From: an uncultured bacterium
GTDB lineage: Bacteria > Margulisbacteria > WOR-1 > CAVSGV01
Reading direction: 5' to 3'
Length of the DNA stretch: 64,000 nucleotides
NCBI GenBank assembly: GCA_963768305.1
Contig: CAVYHE010000013.1
Coordinates: 1 to 64,000 of the forward strand
Part shown: one piece after another, positions 12,034 to 23,520 of the stretch
How the letters are laid out: each line of letters starts with the position of its first letter
Numbering within the stretch: position 1 is the stretch's first letter
Notes under the pieces: model-generated
Databases searched by the model: none
The model's input: only the letters and a program-made list of their open reading frames with translations
What the model was told of the DNA's origin: nothing
Made by a program: the position numbers and the translations under genes

Positions 12034-13673
12034 AAAAGATCATCATTGTATTTTCGATCTTTTTATTATCCGTTAATTGTTACGCGTTTATAACCGATAT
12101 CGGCATCGACCCGCTTGACCAGTCTTCCGGCGCAAAAATGTTGTCAATGGGCGGTGCTTACGCGGGAGCATCGGGCGGCGTAGACAGTTTGTTCAATAAT
12201 CCCGCGGGGATCGCCAATGCTGACGGCGTAATTATTACTTGGGGCGATTTTGAAAAATTCTATATCAACAATCATTCGCTGGGCGTTGTTCTTCCGTCCA
12301 GCTTCGGCCATTTCGGAATAGGGACCGTTTCAAAACATTATGATGATATTGATATAGGCAAAGGTCAGACGGCCAATTACGATGATAATATCGACCTGAT
12401 CGGCTATGGGATCGGATCTGACAGGCTGTCTTTCGGACTTACCTGTAAAAGCTCCATGTCGCAAAGATTTTCTATTGACGGCGGTATCCGCAAAGCCGTA
12501 AATAATGCGGCCACCGGATTTGATGCTGGAATTTTATGGAAGCCGGTCAATTATGCTTCGATAGGCCTTGTAATGCGGGATCTTTCCGCTTCCGATTTTA
12601 AGCTGGGTAGCAGCAATGAGTCGTTCTCTGAGACGACGAGACTGGGTGTATTGCTGAATGTGCTTGGAAAAGATTCCATCTATTCCAATGATACATACGG
12701 CGTCAGGGCGGCTTATGATGCTGAAAGCGGGAAAGCGGGAAGTGATCAGCGGCAAAACAGTTTTTATGGCGCTGAAGGCTCATTCAATGATTGGCTTTAC
12801 ATGAGGATCGGGGCTTCATCGGTCTTCTTCGTTGACGGCAATGTCTCAGGATCTTCTGTTGGCCTCGGCATTAAATTCACGGAATTGGAAGCTGATTTCA
12901 CCTCATATAAGGATCCGCTGACGCAACAATGGACATCTTATTTGTCATTGGCGACATCACTTGACGAACTTTACAAACTTATTCATCCGTCATATGAGCG
13001 TCCGTCCCTTAAGGACATGCTGAAAGTCGACCTCCCCGATGAATACATCACGGACAACGAGAACATCATAATATCCGGAGAAACATTGCGACGCGCGATT
13101 GTTATGATAAACGGAGCCCAGGCTGATGTCGACAATGAAGGGAAATACAGCGTCATACAGCCGCTTCTTCTAGGCAAAAATTTGATACAGATCATTGCGA
13201 GTATCGGCGACAATTCAAAGACCATAGAAAGAAAGGTGTTCAGGAACGCGAAAGTGACGATAGCGGAAGAAGAATCAATAGACAAAAAGATCACACTAGA
13301 AGCTTCAGCTGAGCAAAAAGAATTGCTTTTGCAGGAAAAGAAACGACTTGAAGATCAAAGGTTCAAAGTGGAAAACCTCGTTACGGCCGGCGTAATAAAT
13401 ATTCCTTCGGGATCAAAATTCCAAATTAATTCTTTTATATCAAGAGGAGAGATGATATCGTGGCTTGTTATTTCTTTCGGGATAAAAATACCAGAAGTGA
13501 AGGGCCCGGTCCTTAAGGATGTACCTCAGGAGCATAAATATGCCGCATACATAAAAGCGGCGCTTGACGCGGGACTTATTAAGAGCGACCCTGACGGCCG
13601 GTTCAGGCCAGATGATCTAGTTACTGAAAGGGAGGGACAGGTATTCTTCAGGGCATTCGGCATTTCAAAATGA
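12030..13673 (+). CDS. PorV/FadL-like beta-barrel with Ig-like and C-terminal SLH domains
   Basis: GAKMLSMGGAY..NNPAG N-terminal motif; C-terminal SLH (GRFRPDDLVT). Confidence 0.65.
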   Translation: MKKIIIVFSIFLLSVNCYAFITDIGIDPLDQSSGAKMLSMGGAYAGASGGVDSLFNNPAGIANADGVIITWGDFEKFYINNHSLGVVLPSSFGHFGIGTVSKHYDDIDIGKGQTANYDDNIDLIGYGIGSDRLSFGLTCKSSMSQRFSIDGGIRKAVNNAATGFDAGILWKPVNYASIGLVMRDLSASDFKLGSSNESFSETTRLGVLLNVLGKDSIYSNDTYGVRAAYDAESGKAGSDQRQNSFYGAEGSFNDWLYMRIGASSVFFVDGNVSGSSVGLGIKFTELEADFTSYKDPLTQQWTSYLSLATSLDELYKLIHPSYERPSLKDMLKVDLPDEYITDNENIIISGETLRRAIVMINGAQADVDNEGKYSVIQPLLLGKNLIQIIASIGDNSKTIERKVFRNAKVTIAEEESIDKKITLEASAEQKELLLQEKKRLEDQRFKVENLVTAGVINIPSGSKFQINSFISRGEMISWLVISFGIKIPEVKGPVLKDVPQEHKYAAYIKAALDAGLIKSDPDGRFRPDDLVTEREGQVFFRAFGISK

Positions 13674-14548
13674 AAAAATATTTAATTTTAACGGCGTTGA
13701 TATTGATCCTTGCGTTAAGCATGAAAAATGTTTATGCGGAGGAAAAAAATGACAACAGCGAAAAAAAACTGACCCGCGCTGATGTCATAGAGAAAATATC
13801 TGGAATGGACTTTTTCAAAAAGAAGATTGCGGACCTCCTTAATTGGAGCGTGGGGTATGACATCACAAAGATCAACAGGACAAATCTCGCACCCACCATC
13901 AGCATGATACGGATCGCTCCCGAAAAAGCTCCGCCGGATAACAGAACACTTGTGCTCCTTATGGCAAAGGTCAGCGACCCGAGCGGCCCGGATTACATAA
14001 AAGGCGTCAGGGCCGATCTCAGCTCAATAGACAAACTGCCGAACATGATGCTTGTTGACAACGGCTTGTGGGGTGATGCGAAGGCGAATGACAGCATATA
14101 TACGCTTCAGACAAGCGTTGGGAGTGATGTATCAGGAGGCAACAAAGAGATCCCTGTAGCTGTATCGAACAAAGCCGGCTGGGTGGCTGTTAATACGGCG
14201 GATATAGTTGTCCAGTCGAACCCGATCATTTCTCTTGCGACAGCGGATCCTTCATCCATTAAAGCTGATGGCATTAGCGCGGTGTTGCTTACGGTAAAAG
14301 TCGAGAATCCGGGAAGGCAGGAAGACCTGAAGGGCGTATTCATAGATCTTTCCGCGATCGGCCTTGTTGACAATGTGAAAATGTGGGACGACGGTACTCA
14401 CGGCGATATTAAAGCAAAGGATAAGATCTATTCCGTTACTGCCGTTGTGAAACAGGGAACTCCCGCTGGCGCAAAAAAATTGAGCATCCATACTTCAAAT
14501 CTTTATGGAGGGGCCTCTGACAGCGAGATCATCCTGACGGTTGAATAA
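13670..14548 (+). CDS. Secreted protein with two choice-of-anchor-X-like repeats
   Basis: DNGLWGDAKANDSIYT and DDGTHGDIKAKDKIYS repeats. Confidence 0.65.
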   Translation: MKKYLILTALILILALSMKNVYAEEKNDNSEKKLTRADVIEKISGMDFFKKKIADLLNWSVGYDITKINRTNLAPTISMIRIAPEKAPPDNRTLVLLMAKVSDPSGPDYIKGVRADLSSIDKLPNMMLVDNGLWGDAKANDSIYTLQTSVGSDVSGGNKEIPVAVSNKAGWVAVNTADIVVQSNPIISLATADPSSIKADGISAVLLTVKVENPGRQEDLKGVFIDLSAIGLVDNVKMWDDGTHGDIKAKDKIYSVTAVVKQGTPAGAKKLSIHTSNLYGGASDSEIILTVE

Positions 14549-16748
14549 ATGATATCCGCTTTCGCTATAATCAATATATTCATTCAGGTGCTGACCGCCG
14601 GAATAACTTTCGCAGGCGCGTACAATTTTTTCTCCCGATACATTGAAAAGAAAAAACGGGAAGATATTTTCCTTTCCCTCGTCTTTCTTACGTTCGCCGT
14701 TTTCACCTCATTGACCATTGTTTCCCAGCTTATGTACATGCTGGGGCAGAGGATAGATATAAGGTTTGTTTTATACCGTTGCGTCGCGATAGATATGGTC
14801 GCAGGTGCTGCATTTCTTGCCTACTTCATCAAAGAAAAATTCTCAATGAAAGGAACGTTGTTCTTCCAGCTATTTTTAGTTTTATGTGTCATTGAATCAG
14901 TCTTTATATCACATTCAGCACTGAACCTGGTCCAGAACATAAAGATGGTCGACATAGATCCCAGCGTCCATTTTCTCACGGCGCTTTCGCCGGAGCTTTT
15001 CTGGGTGCCTGTCTGGCTCTTTGCAGGATTACAATTCCTGCTTTCCGCAAGAGCTGCAAAGGAGCCCGGCGAGGCCAACATTTTTAATGTAACCGGCATC
15101 TCATCCATGCTCATTTTCTTATCTTTTCTTTTGTCCTTCTATTATTCAAAGAACGGCGAACCTTATTATCTTTTCGGTTCATGGGCGATATACCTTTTTG
15201 CCGCAACAGGGCTCTTCATCGGGAACGTTATTTCTCCGAAGGAAGAGATCGCGAAATTCCCGCTTTCGTACCTGCGGACCAGGATACTTTATAAATTGAT
15301 CCTCATATTGATATTATCCATAATAATTCTTCTTGAAGCCACCACCGTTGCAACCATCAACCTGAACCAGCTTTCCCTGCAAAAGGCCATAAAGAACAAT
15401 TATTTGACAACGGTCATGAACATGGCGGATAAGATCGATTATACCCTGTCAAGCCGCGGAGAAATGGATAAAAAATTCATCCAGGGACTTATCAATCAGG
15501 AAACAAAAGGAAAAAGATATGTTTATGTTGTGTCAAGCGACGGCCGTCTTTTTATGGGGCCGGATCCCGGGGCGGTGGGCATGGATATAAGCTCACTGGA
15601 TGTTGTAAAAAAAGTGCTGTCAGGAAAGGCCGGCGCCGGCGAATACAACAGCGAATTTTTTGACCAGGCCGAGGACAAAGCCGTTGTCGGCGCTTACGCT
15701 CCCGTTAAAAAATATAATTTAGGCGTCATTTTGGAGGAGCCGAAATGGGAAGCCTTCTCCGAGGTACGCGTTGTTTCCTCGAATTCCCTGATTTTTGTCA
15801 TTGTCGGCATAATCCTTACGGTATCAGTCGGAATATTCTTTACAAGGACAATAGAAATTCCTATAAGAGAGCTCATCACAGGTACCCAGGCGGTACGCAG
15901 GGGAGACCTCACGTACAAGATCAAAGATCGATTCCCTCGACGAAATAGGGCAGCTGGCTGATGCCTTCAACCAAATGACAAAAGACCTGAAACTGAGCCA
16001 GGAAAATCTGATCAATGCGGAAAAGCTGGCATCCCTGGGCACGATGGCGGCCGGCATGGCGCACGAGATAAAGAACCCGCTTGTTAGCTTGAGGACGTTC
16101 ACCCAGCTTTTGCCTCAGAGGTTCGATGATGAGGAATTCAGAAAAAAATTCTCCACTGTCGTTCCGCAGGAGATAGACAAGATCAATAAGATAGCGGAAA
16201 GCCTTTTGAGGTTCGGGAGGCCGCACAAGCCGGAGCCGACCGCCATTAATATGAATGAGATACTGGAAGAGATACTCGCGTTATTTGACAATGAGGCAAG
16301 GAAGCATAATGTGAGGGTGACAACGAAGCTGGCGGAACTGCCGAAGGTCACGGCTGATGCGGGGCAGCTGTCGCAGGCTTTTGTTAATATTATTCTCAAT
16401 GCTATCCAGGCCATGCCTAACGGCGGGGAGCTTACCGTTAAAACGGATTTTGGCGAGATCATAAAATTAAGCCCTTCCGGGAGCGAGGCCGATGAAGAAG
16501 AAGCAAAGCCGGTGCCGGTGGTATTTGTGGAGATAACGGATACAGGGGTTGGGATCGCCGAAGAAAATCTAAAAAAGATATTCGATCCGTTCTTTACGAC
16601 GAAAGAAGTGGGCGGGACAGGAATGGGGTTACCGATAACCTTAAGGATAATCGAGGACCATCACGGAACTATCAGGGTAAAAAGCCAAGCAGGGAAGGGC
16701 ACGACATTCTTGGTCACTCTTCCGCAGACGCAGGAAAGAAAAGTTTAA
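14549..16748 (+). CDS. Membrane sensor histidine kinase (Cache/HAMP/HisKA/HATPase; frameshifted near 15930)
   Basis: Multiple TMs; AAGMAHEIKNPL H-box; NIILNAIQA, DTGVGI, PFFTTK, GTGMGL. Confidence 0.92.
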
Positions 16749-17002
16749 GCGAGAGCGGAAACATTGTTAGATGGCAGTTTAAGATGTGCTGGCAGGTCTT
16801 GATTTACCTGGCAAGTATGAATATTCTGTCCATTTTGATTTATGAGCTTTGCTTCTAGAATGTCCTTAAAACTAGCTCCCGGGATGTCGATCTGGTTCGT
16901 AACAAGCAGCTCTTTATCATTGTTTTGATCGATGAATAAGTTATATGATTTTCCGGCGTTATTATTTACGCTTGAAACATTTGATATTGGTTCAAATCCC
17001 AT
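16745..17002 (-). CDS. Small orphan protein (85 aa)
   Basis: ORF with GGGGGAG RBS and upstream sigma28-like motif; stop overlaps the kinase stop. Confidence 0.6.
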   Translation of the reverse strand: MGFEPISNVSSVNNNAGKSYNLFIDQNNDKELLVTNQIDIPGASFKDILEAKLINQNGQNIHTCQVNQDLPAHLKLPSNNVSALA

Positions 17003-17025
17003 GATTTTTCTCCCCCTGCATACGT

Positions 17026-17055
17026 ATTATCGTGTCAAGAAGGCAAAAACTTGCA
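17026..17055 (-). promoter_or_regulatory. Sigma28-like motif copy (variant)
   Basis: TGCAAGTTT-N14-CGATAAT on the minus strand. Confidence 0.65.
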
Positions 17056-17153
17056 TGTATTAGCTAACAGCACACCCTTCGGGCTACGGCATACAGCCGT
17101 AAGCCGTTTGCCGTAAGCTTGAAATTATCCTCCCTTTTGTTAGAATGGCGCTA

Positions 17154-19700
17154 ATGGCAATGTTCGAAAGGTTCACCGAAAAAGCCGCCGGCGTGATAAT
17201 GGCTAGCCAAGAAGAAGCCAAGCGCCTTGGTGCCGCTTTTGTGGGGACCGAACACCTGCTTCTTGGAATGATTGTTAAATCCGAACCGATCGTAATGAAA
17301 ACCCTCGAATATTTCAGAGTAAACCCCAATGACATCAAGCAAAAGATAGAAGAGCTTTCTTCCACAGGAGAAGAAAGAGGGATAATTGAGATCCCATTTA
17401 GCCCGCCTGTAAAGAAAACCATCGAATTCGCCTGGGAAGAGGCAAGACAGCTCGGGCACAGCTATGTCGGCGTAGAGCATCTTTTCCTTGCGCTGGTGAG
17501 GGAAGGTACTGGCCTTGGCGCCAAGATCCTCTCCGATTTCGGCATCACCCCTTCTTCCGCGAAGAACCGCGTCATAAGCCTGCTTGGCGAAGAATCTGTT
17601 TTCCAGAAACGAGGTCCCCAGATCTCAACAACACCAGTGCTTGATTCTTTCGGCAGGGACCTCACCTGGCTCGCAAGGGAAAGAAAACTTGATCCCGTCA
17701 TCGGCAGGGCAAAAGAGATAGAGCGCATAATCCAGATATTATCCAGGCGCAAAAAAAACAACCCGGTCCTTACAGGCGATGCGGGAGTTGGAAAAACGGC
17801 AGTTGTGGAAGGCCTTGCTCAGAGGATAGTGTCCGGCGATGTGCCGCCGCTTTTGCTCGATAAACGAGTGGTCTCCCTCGATCTCGGGCTTATGATAGCC
17901 GGCACAAAATACCGCGGAGAATTCGAGGAGAGATTAAAGAAAGTAATGGAAGAAGTCAGGAAATCCGGAAAGGTCGTTCTTTTCATTGATGAGATCCACA
18001 CCATCATAGGCGCCGGTGCGGCAGAGGGCGCCATGGACGCAGCCAATATGCTGAAGCCGGCTCTAGCAAGAGGAGAACTCCAATGCATTGGCGCAACTAC
18101 TTTGGAAGAATACAGGAAACGCATCGAATCCGACGCAGCGCTTGAGAGAAGATTCCAGGCTGTATTGGTAGAAGAGCCGACCATAGAACAGACGATCGAG
18201 ATATTAAAAGGTTTAAGGTCGAGGTATGAAGATTTTCATAAAGTGCGAATTACCGATGAAGCTGTTGTTTCATCTGCCAGATTATCAGCCAGATATCTTG
18301 CTGACAGGCATCTGCCGGACAAAGCTATCGACCTCATTGACGAAGCTTCATCCAGGGTCATGCTTCAATCCATATCGGCACCTCCCGAACTTATCGAGAT
18401 AACCCGAGAGCTGGAGGAAGTGAAGCATGAAAAAGATATTGCCGCGCAGGACCAGGAATTCGAAAAGGCCGCAAAACTCAGGGATAAGGAAGAAACGCTG
18501 CGCCTTCAATATGAAGCAGCTTCAAAAAAAATAAAAGGGTTTGCGAAAGAGAATTATCCGGAAGTGAACAGCGAAGTAATAGCGTCGCTCATCTCCAGCT
18601 GGACAGGCGTCCCAGTGATGCAACTAACAGAAGAAGAGACGGAGCGCCTCATGAAAATGGAAGAGACATTGGGCAAGAGGATCATCGGGCAGGAAGAGGC
18701 CGTGAAAGTCATTGCAAGGTCCATAAGACGGGCACGAGCGGGATTAAAAGATCCGAAAAGGCCTATCGGCTCTTTCCTTTTCATGGGTCCTTCGGGCGTC
18801 GGGAAGACCGAGCTGGCAAAGCGTTTGGCTGAATTCATGTTCGGGGATGTTGACGCCATGGTCAGGATAGACATGTCAGAATACCTGGAATCGCACACGG
18901 TGTCGCGGCTTATAGGTTCTCCTCCCGGATATGTGGGATTTGGTGAAGGCGGTCAGCTGGCGGAACCTGTAAGGAGAAGGCCTCATTCGGTCGTTCTGTT
19001 GGATGAGATAGAAAAAGCCCACCAGGACGTGACGAACATACTTCTTCAGATTCTGGATGACGGGCATCTTACCGACGCGCAGGGCAGGCATATAGATTTT
19101 AAGAACACCATCATCATAATGACGTCCAATGTCGGCGCCGACCTTATAAAAAAGGACACATCAATGGGATTTTTAAGCAAGGATGACGCGAAGATAAATT
19201 ACAATAAGATGAAAGAAAAAGTTCTGGATGAGATGAAGAAAAAATTCAAGCCGGAATTCTTGAACAGGATAGACGAGCAGATAGTTTTCAGCCCGCTTTC
19301 AAAGGAAGACCTTGGAAAAATAGTCGGCCTTATGATATCGGACATAAATGACCGGCTCATTGAAAAAGGGCTGTCCATCTCAACTAACAAAAAAGTCGAG
19401 AATTATCTTGTCAACAAAGGGTATGATCCGCATTTCGGCGCAAGACCGCTGCGACGGGTGATCGAAGATAATATTGAAGACCCGATTTCCGAAGAGATAC
19501 TTATGGGAAAATTCGTTTACGGTACAAAGATCAATGTTGAAATAAAGGATGATAAACTGGTATTCTCCGGGAAAAGATCGCTTAAGTTAGAGCATTCCGC
19601 AAAAGAAAAGAACACTTCATCTTCATCCTCATTGGTGTCATCTTTGCCTCGAGTTAATCCCGGCAAAGGGAGAGAGACCGAGCTTCAAAAGAAGGCCTGA
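17154..19700 (+). CDS. clpC: ATP-dependent Clp protease ATP-binding subunit
   Basis: MFERFT N-domain, two AAA modules ([16 protein letters not shown]), UVR motif. Confidence 0.95.
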   Translation: MAMFERFTEKAAGVIMASQEEAKRLGAAFVGTEHLLLGMIVKSEPIVMKTLEYFRVNPNDIKQKIEELSSTGEERGIIEIPFSPPVKKTIEFAWEEARQLGHSYVGVEHLFLALVREGTGLGAKILSDFGITPSSAKNRVISLLGEESVFQKRGPQISTTPVLDSFGRDLTWLARERKLDPVIGRAKEIERIIQILSRRKKNNPVLTGDAGVGKTAVVEGLAQRIVSGDVPPLLLDKRVVSLDLGLMIAGTKYRGEFEERLKKVMEEVRKSGKVVLFIDEIHTIIGAGAAEGAMDAANMLKPALARGELQCIGATTLEEYRKRIESDAALERRFQAVLVEEPTIEQTIEILKGLRSRYEDFHKVRITDEAVVSSARLSARYLADRHLPDKAIDLIDEASSRVMLQSISAPPELIEITRELEEVKHEKDIAAQDQEFEKAAKLRDKEETLRLQYEAASKKIKGFAKENYPEVNSEVIASLISSWTGVPVMQLTEEETERLMKMEETLGKRIIGQEEAVKVIARSIRRARAGLKDPKRPIGSFLFMGPSGVGKTELAKRLAEFMFGDVDAMVRIDMSEYLESHTVSRLIGSPPGYVGFGEGGQLAEPVRRRPHSVVLLDEIEKAHQDVTNILLQILDDGHLTDAQGRHIDFKNTIIIMTSNVGADLIKKDTSMGFLSKDDAKINYNKMKEKVLDEMKKKFKPEFLNRIDEQIVFSPLSKEDLGKIVGLMISDINDRLIEKGLSISTNKKVENYLVNKGYDPHFGARPLRRVIEDNIEDPISEEILMGKFVYGTKINVEIKDDKLVFSGKRSLKLEHSAKEKNTSSSSSLVSSLPRVNPGKGRETELQKKA

Positions 19701-19702
19701 AT

Positions 19703-20440
19703 TTATTTATTGATCAAAAGCTCCTCGATCGACTTTCGCAAATTGCCAAGCTCCAGCTCATAATCTGTTTTTGACGGTTTTTTTCCGGAATATTTTCCGA
19801 ACGATATTGCCTTTCCGAACCCGATGCTTACCGGCACGATATTTATCAAATACGTTTTTTTGGGCATCATTTTATATGAGCCAGATATTGCGACAGGAAC
19901 AACGGTGGCTCCGCTGGAGAACGCGGCCATAAGGCTTCCTCTTTTGAACGGACCAAGCTCCCCTGTTTTTGATCTGGTGCCTTCCGGAAATATCAATATG
20001 CAGTCGCCTTCGCTAAGTACATCGGAAACGCTTCCGATCGTCCTGTGAGCGCTTTTGCTGACTTCGCGTTCTATCGGGACATATCCGGCAACGCTCATGT
20101 ACCAGCCGAATAGCGGTATCCTGAAAAGCTCGCTTTTTGCCACGAACCGGAAATATCGCGGGAGATAGGCCAGGTGGATGAGGATGTCAAATGCCCCCTG
20201 GTGGTTCGACGCAAAAATAACGCCGCCTTCCTTTGGAACATTGTGCAACCCGGAGATCTTTACTTTTACTCCGCATATGAGGAGAAGAAATCTTGCCCAT
20301 AACCGCGCCGAAAACTGAAATGGTTTATGATGTTCCCTGTTGAATATTGCGAAAGGAATCGTAAGCAAGGTGCCGACGAAGAAAGTGACCACGGCAGCTA
20401 AATAAACAAATAAAGTATGTAAAAGTTTCAAGATGAACAT
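19703..20440 (-). CDS. plsC: 1-acyl-sn-glycerol-3-phosphate acyltransferase
   Basis: NHQGAFD, FPEGTRS. Confidence 0.9.
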   Translation of the reverse strand: MFILKLLHTLFVYLAAVVTFFVGTLLTIPFAIFNREHHKPFQFSARLWARFLLLICGVKVKISGLHNVPKEGGVIFASNHQGAFDILIHLAYLPRYFRFVAKSELFRIPLFGWYMSVAGYVPIEREVSKSAHRTIGSVSDVLSEGDCILIFPEGTRSKTGELGPFKRGSLMAAFSSGATVVPVAISGSYKMMPKKTYLINIVPVSIGFGKAISFGKYSGKKPSKTDYELELGNLRKSIEELLINK

Positions 20441-20478
20441 CGATTAATTTATACAGGAGAGCGATGTTCAAGTCAAGT

Positions 20479-21567
20479 TTATTCCATTGATACGGTTCTT
20501 GCGACTTCTTCTTTTGTTGTTACACCATTTTTTATCAGAACTTCAGCATTTTCGATCATTGTTCTGGCAACCGCAGATCTTGAAAGCTCATGAGAGCTCA
20601 CTTTTCTGTTTATCATATCTTTGGCCGTGTCATCCACTTTCAGCATTTCGAATATGCCGATCCTTCCCTTATTTCCGGCCTGATTGCACGACTTGCATCC
20701 GCTGCCTTTACAATTTTCGCATAATTTTCTCGCGAGCCGCTGGGAAACAACACACTTCAATGTGCTTGATATCAGATATGGCTCTATACCCATGTCGATA
20801 AGCCTTACAACGGAGCTTGCCGCGTCATTTGTATGTAATGTTGAGAATACCAGATGTCCCGTCATAGCGGCTTGGATCGCAATTATCGCAGTATCGCTGT
20901 CGCGTATCTCTCCGACCATTATCACATCCGGGTCCTGGCGAAGTATTCCCCTCAGTCCCAACGCGAAAGTCAACCCGGTCCTCTGGTTCACCTGTATCTG
21001 ATTTATTTTGGGCAATTGATATTCAACCGGGTCTTCGATAGTGACTATATTCAAATGGTCCTTGTTGATCTTTTCCAGCGATGAATAAAGGGTTGTTGTT
21101 TTCCCGCATCCGGTCGGCCCGCAAACTATTATCAATCCCTGCGGTTTTTCTATCTCATTTTTATAATAATTAAGATCATCTTCGAGCATTCCAAGCGCTT
21201 CAAGCGGCAGCGCGGTTTTTTTGCGTTCAAGAAGCCTTATAACCGCTTTTTCGCCGTGAAATGCAGGCACGATCGATATCCTGAGATCAAATTCCCTGTT
21301 TCCGGACCTGATAAATGTCCTTCCATCCTGAGGGACCCTTTGTTCCGAAATATCCATTCCGCCTATTATCTTTATCCTTGATATTATCTGCTGCTGCATT
21401 GACCTGTGGATCATAATGCCCGGCTGAAGCAGCCCATCCACTCTGTACCGGACTCTCATGCTGTTCCCGTTCGGCTCGATATGAATATCGCTTGCGTCCA
21501 GACTCGCGGCCTTTTCAATCAGATCGTTAATCAATGGCGAGGCGCCATTATTGAATTTTGCCTCCAT
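20479..21567 (-). CDS. GspE/PilB-family secretion/pilus ATPase (short, no N1 domain)
   Basis: ASDIHIEP, PQDGR, GPTGCGKTT, TIEDPVE, LRQDPD, STLHTND, CxxC zinc motif. Confidence 0.92.
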   Translation of the reverse strand: MEAKFNNGASPLINDLIEKAASLDASDIHIEPNGNSMRVRYRVDGLLQPGIMIHRSMQQQIISRIKIIGGMDISEQRVPQDGRTFIRSGNREFDLRISIVPAFHGEKAVIRLLERKKTALPLEALGMLEDDLNYYKNEIEKPQGLIIVCGPTGCGKTTTLYSSLEKINKDHLNIVTIEDPVEYQLPKINQIQVNQRTGLTFALGLRGILRQDPDVIMVGEIRDSDTAIIAIQAAMTGHLVFSTLHTNDAASSVVRLIDMGIEPYLISSTLKCVVSQRLARKLCENCKGSGCKSCNQAGNKGRIGIFEMLKVDDTAKDMINRKVSSHELSRSAVARTMIENAEVLIKNGVTTKEEVARTVSME

Positions 21568-21581
21568 ATAGTATGGTAAGC

Positions 21582-21598
21582 AGCAATTTTCATGCCAA
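21582..21598 (-). promoter_or_regulatory. Sigma54 (-24/-12) promoter of the GspE/PilB gene
   Basis: TTGGCATGAAAATTGCT (GG-N10-GC). Confidence 0.75.
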
Positions 21599-21664
21599 AC
21601 TTTTATGAATAGATCAAGAGGTCATATTGTAGGGATAATCGACAGGCTGAGGCTAACTCGACAC

Positions 21665-22537
21665 TTATTTAAAGGTTTTAAGGGCTTTTAGAGCGGCTTC
21701 TTTCATTACTTCAATAGGTGGTTCCTGTTCCGTGAATAGCGAAAAAGCGAGCGCGCCCTGCCTTAAAAGCATTCCCAACCCAGAAACAGCTTTTGCACCG
21801 TTAGATTTTGCAAGTTTCAAAAATTCGGTTTCCAGTGGGTTATAAACCAGGTCATAAACTATGGCGGTTGAAGGGATCTTGTAATCTTTATCGATCGGAC
21901 ATGCATTTACTTTTGGATACATTCCGACAGGTGAGGCGTTCACAAGCAGATCGCATTTTTCAATGAGTTTTCTTGCTTCATCGCTTTTTGAAGGACAGGC
22001 GTAAGGAGATATCCCGAAGTGAGAATTTGTATATTCGCAAAGATCTTTCGCTTTATCATAAACCACATCAGAGATCACAAGATTAGCTATGCCTTCCTCC
22101 GCGAGCATTATGGCGACCGATTTCGCGGCGCCGCCAGCTCCCAATATCACCGCGCGTTTTCCTTTAATATCAAATCCAGCATCTTCTTTAAGCGAATCAA
22201 TGAATCCAGGCCCATCGGTGTTATATCCGACAAGATGGCCTTCCTGATTAAGTATCACGTTTGCGGCACCGATAAGCCGGGCAAGCTTTGTCACTTCATC
22301 CAGATGAGGGATCACAGCTTCCTTATGGGGGACCGTCACATTCAGCCCGGCAAATCCGAGTATCCTTATCCCTTCAAGCGCTTTTTCCAGATCGGAAGGT
22401 ATTACAACCAGCGGCAAATAGCAATAATCCAGCCCGAGCTTCGCGTAAGCAGCATTGTGCATTTGCGGGGAAACGCTGTGTTCTATGGGGTATCCTATGA
22501 TGCCGGTAAGCTTTGTTGAGCCATTAATTTCTGTCAT
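21665..22537 (-). CDS. aroE: Shikimate dehydrogenase
   Basis: HSVSPQMHN, NVTVPHKE, GYNTDG, GAGGAA; TTGACA-17-TATACT promoter just upstream. Confidence 0.95.
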   Translation of the reverse strand: MTEINGSTKLTGIIGYPIEHSVSPQMHNAAYAKLGLDYCYLPLVVIPSDLEKALEGIRILGFAGLNVTVPHKEAVIPHLDEVTKLARLIGAANVILNQEGHLVGYNTDGPGFIDSLKEDAGFDIKGKRAVILGAGGAAKSVAIMLAEEGIANLVISDVVYDKAKDLCEYTNSHFGISPYACPSKSDEARKLIEKCDLLVNASPVGMYPKVNACPIDKDYKIPSTAIVYDLVYNPLETEFLKLAKSNGAKAVSGLGMLLRQGALAFSLFTEQEPPIEVMKEAALKALKTFK

Positions 22538-22590
22538 CAAAAATAAGTATAGTAAATCAGCAAGATGATGTCAAAGGAAGCTTGTTCGTC

Positions 22591-22809
22591 CTAGTTATTG
22601 TTTGCCTGGTAATTTTCCGATAAGAATTTACCGAGGTCATCAATGATCGCGATATTGCGGGCATCGCTGATGTTCGGAGCGCCTGTATACGGCATTATCG
22701 TAAAAAGCTTTATGATCCTGTGTTTGGTCAGGGCGATATTCTCCATATATTTGGTGATAATGCACCTGCTTATGGCTTCCGCTATCTTATTCTGGTCCAT
22801 GTTCAGCAT
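22591..22809 (-). CDS. Small orphan protein (72 aa)
   Basis: Strong RBS AGGAGGAGG and upstream sigma28-like motif. Confidence 0.6.
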   Translation of the reverse strand: MLNMDQNKIAEAISRCIITKYMENIALTKHRIIKLFTIMPYTGAPNISDARNIAIIDDLGKFLSENYQANNN

Positions 22810-22871
22810 TTTTATCGCCTCCTCCTTATATCCTTATATCCCGATACCCTGATGTTCTTCCCTTCTATATA

Positions 22872-22901
22872 TATATCGATAGATTTTGACGAAAATTTCA
22901 G
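22872..22901 (-). promoter_or_regulatory. Sigma28-like motif copy
   Basis: CTGAAATTT-N14-CGATATA on the minus strand. Confidence 0.7.
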
Positions 22902-22943
22902 CTATTATTCAATTTAATAAAAGTCGAAAAAACAGGAATTTAC

Positions 22944-23279
22944 ATGCCTACTATCAAACATGATCTTTCATTGGTATCTGACATAAACAAGGAATTCGCA
23001 GGCACTGTTGCGTTCAAGAACGATAAAATTTGCCTTCCGGACGGCTCTAAGGTGGCAATAGGGATGGACGGGTCGTTCTGGGTCATCGTTTACCAGGAAG
23101 CAATCAGCAGGCCTTTTGTGGTATGCGAATATAACGTGGAAACGGATTCCGTGGTCATTGATAAGAAGGTCGGAACTCTGGATGACCTGGAAAAGGTCAA
23201 GAAATGGGTGAATTTCTTCTTTGAACACGCGGAAATAGACGACCTGATCACGATAGAATCGGAGGGAATTCAGCAATGA
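22944..23279 (+). CDS. Hypothetical protein
   Basis: 111-aa ORF, translationally coupled to the next ORF. Confidence 0.65.
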   Translation: MPTIKHDLSLVSDINKEFAGTVAFKNDKICLPDGSKVAIGMDGSFWVIVYQEAISRPFVVCEYNVETDSVVIDKKVGTLDDLEKVKKWVNFFFEHAEIDDLITIESEGIQQ

Positions 23280-23488
23280 TCGAGGTCAATAAAATAGGTC
23301 CCGGCGCCGCCGGATTCCCGGAAGAAATAGAGCGCGAGCGTAAAAAGGAGATCAAATCAAAAGTCGGAAAGATCGCGTTTTTGACCGCCTTGGGCAAGAA
23401 CGCGCGTGTTTCCGAGATCACGCCCGGCATAAGCAAAGCGGAAGGCGCCCTAAAATGGATCGAAAAGGTCTTCAAGGAATATAAGTGA
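23276..23488 (+). CDS. Hypothetical protein
   Basis: 70-aa ORF with GGAGGG RBS and ATGA overlap. Confidence 0.6.
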   Translation: MIEVNKIGPGAAGFPEEIERERKKEIKSKVGKIAFLTALGKNARVSEITPGISKAEGALKWIEKVFKEYK

Positions 23489-23520
23489 TGGGGGGAAGTT
23501 TTAGCGAGGGCGCGCGGTAA

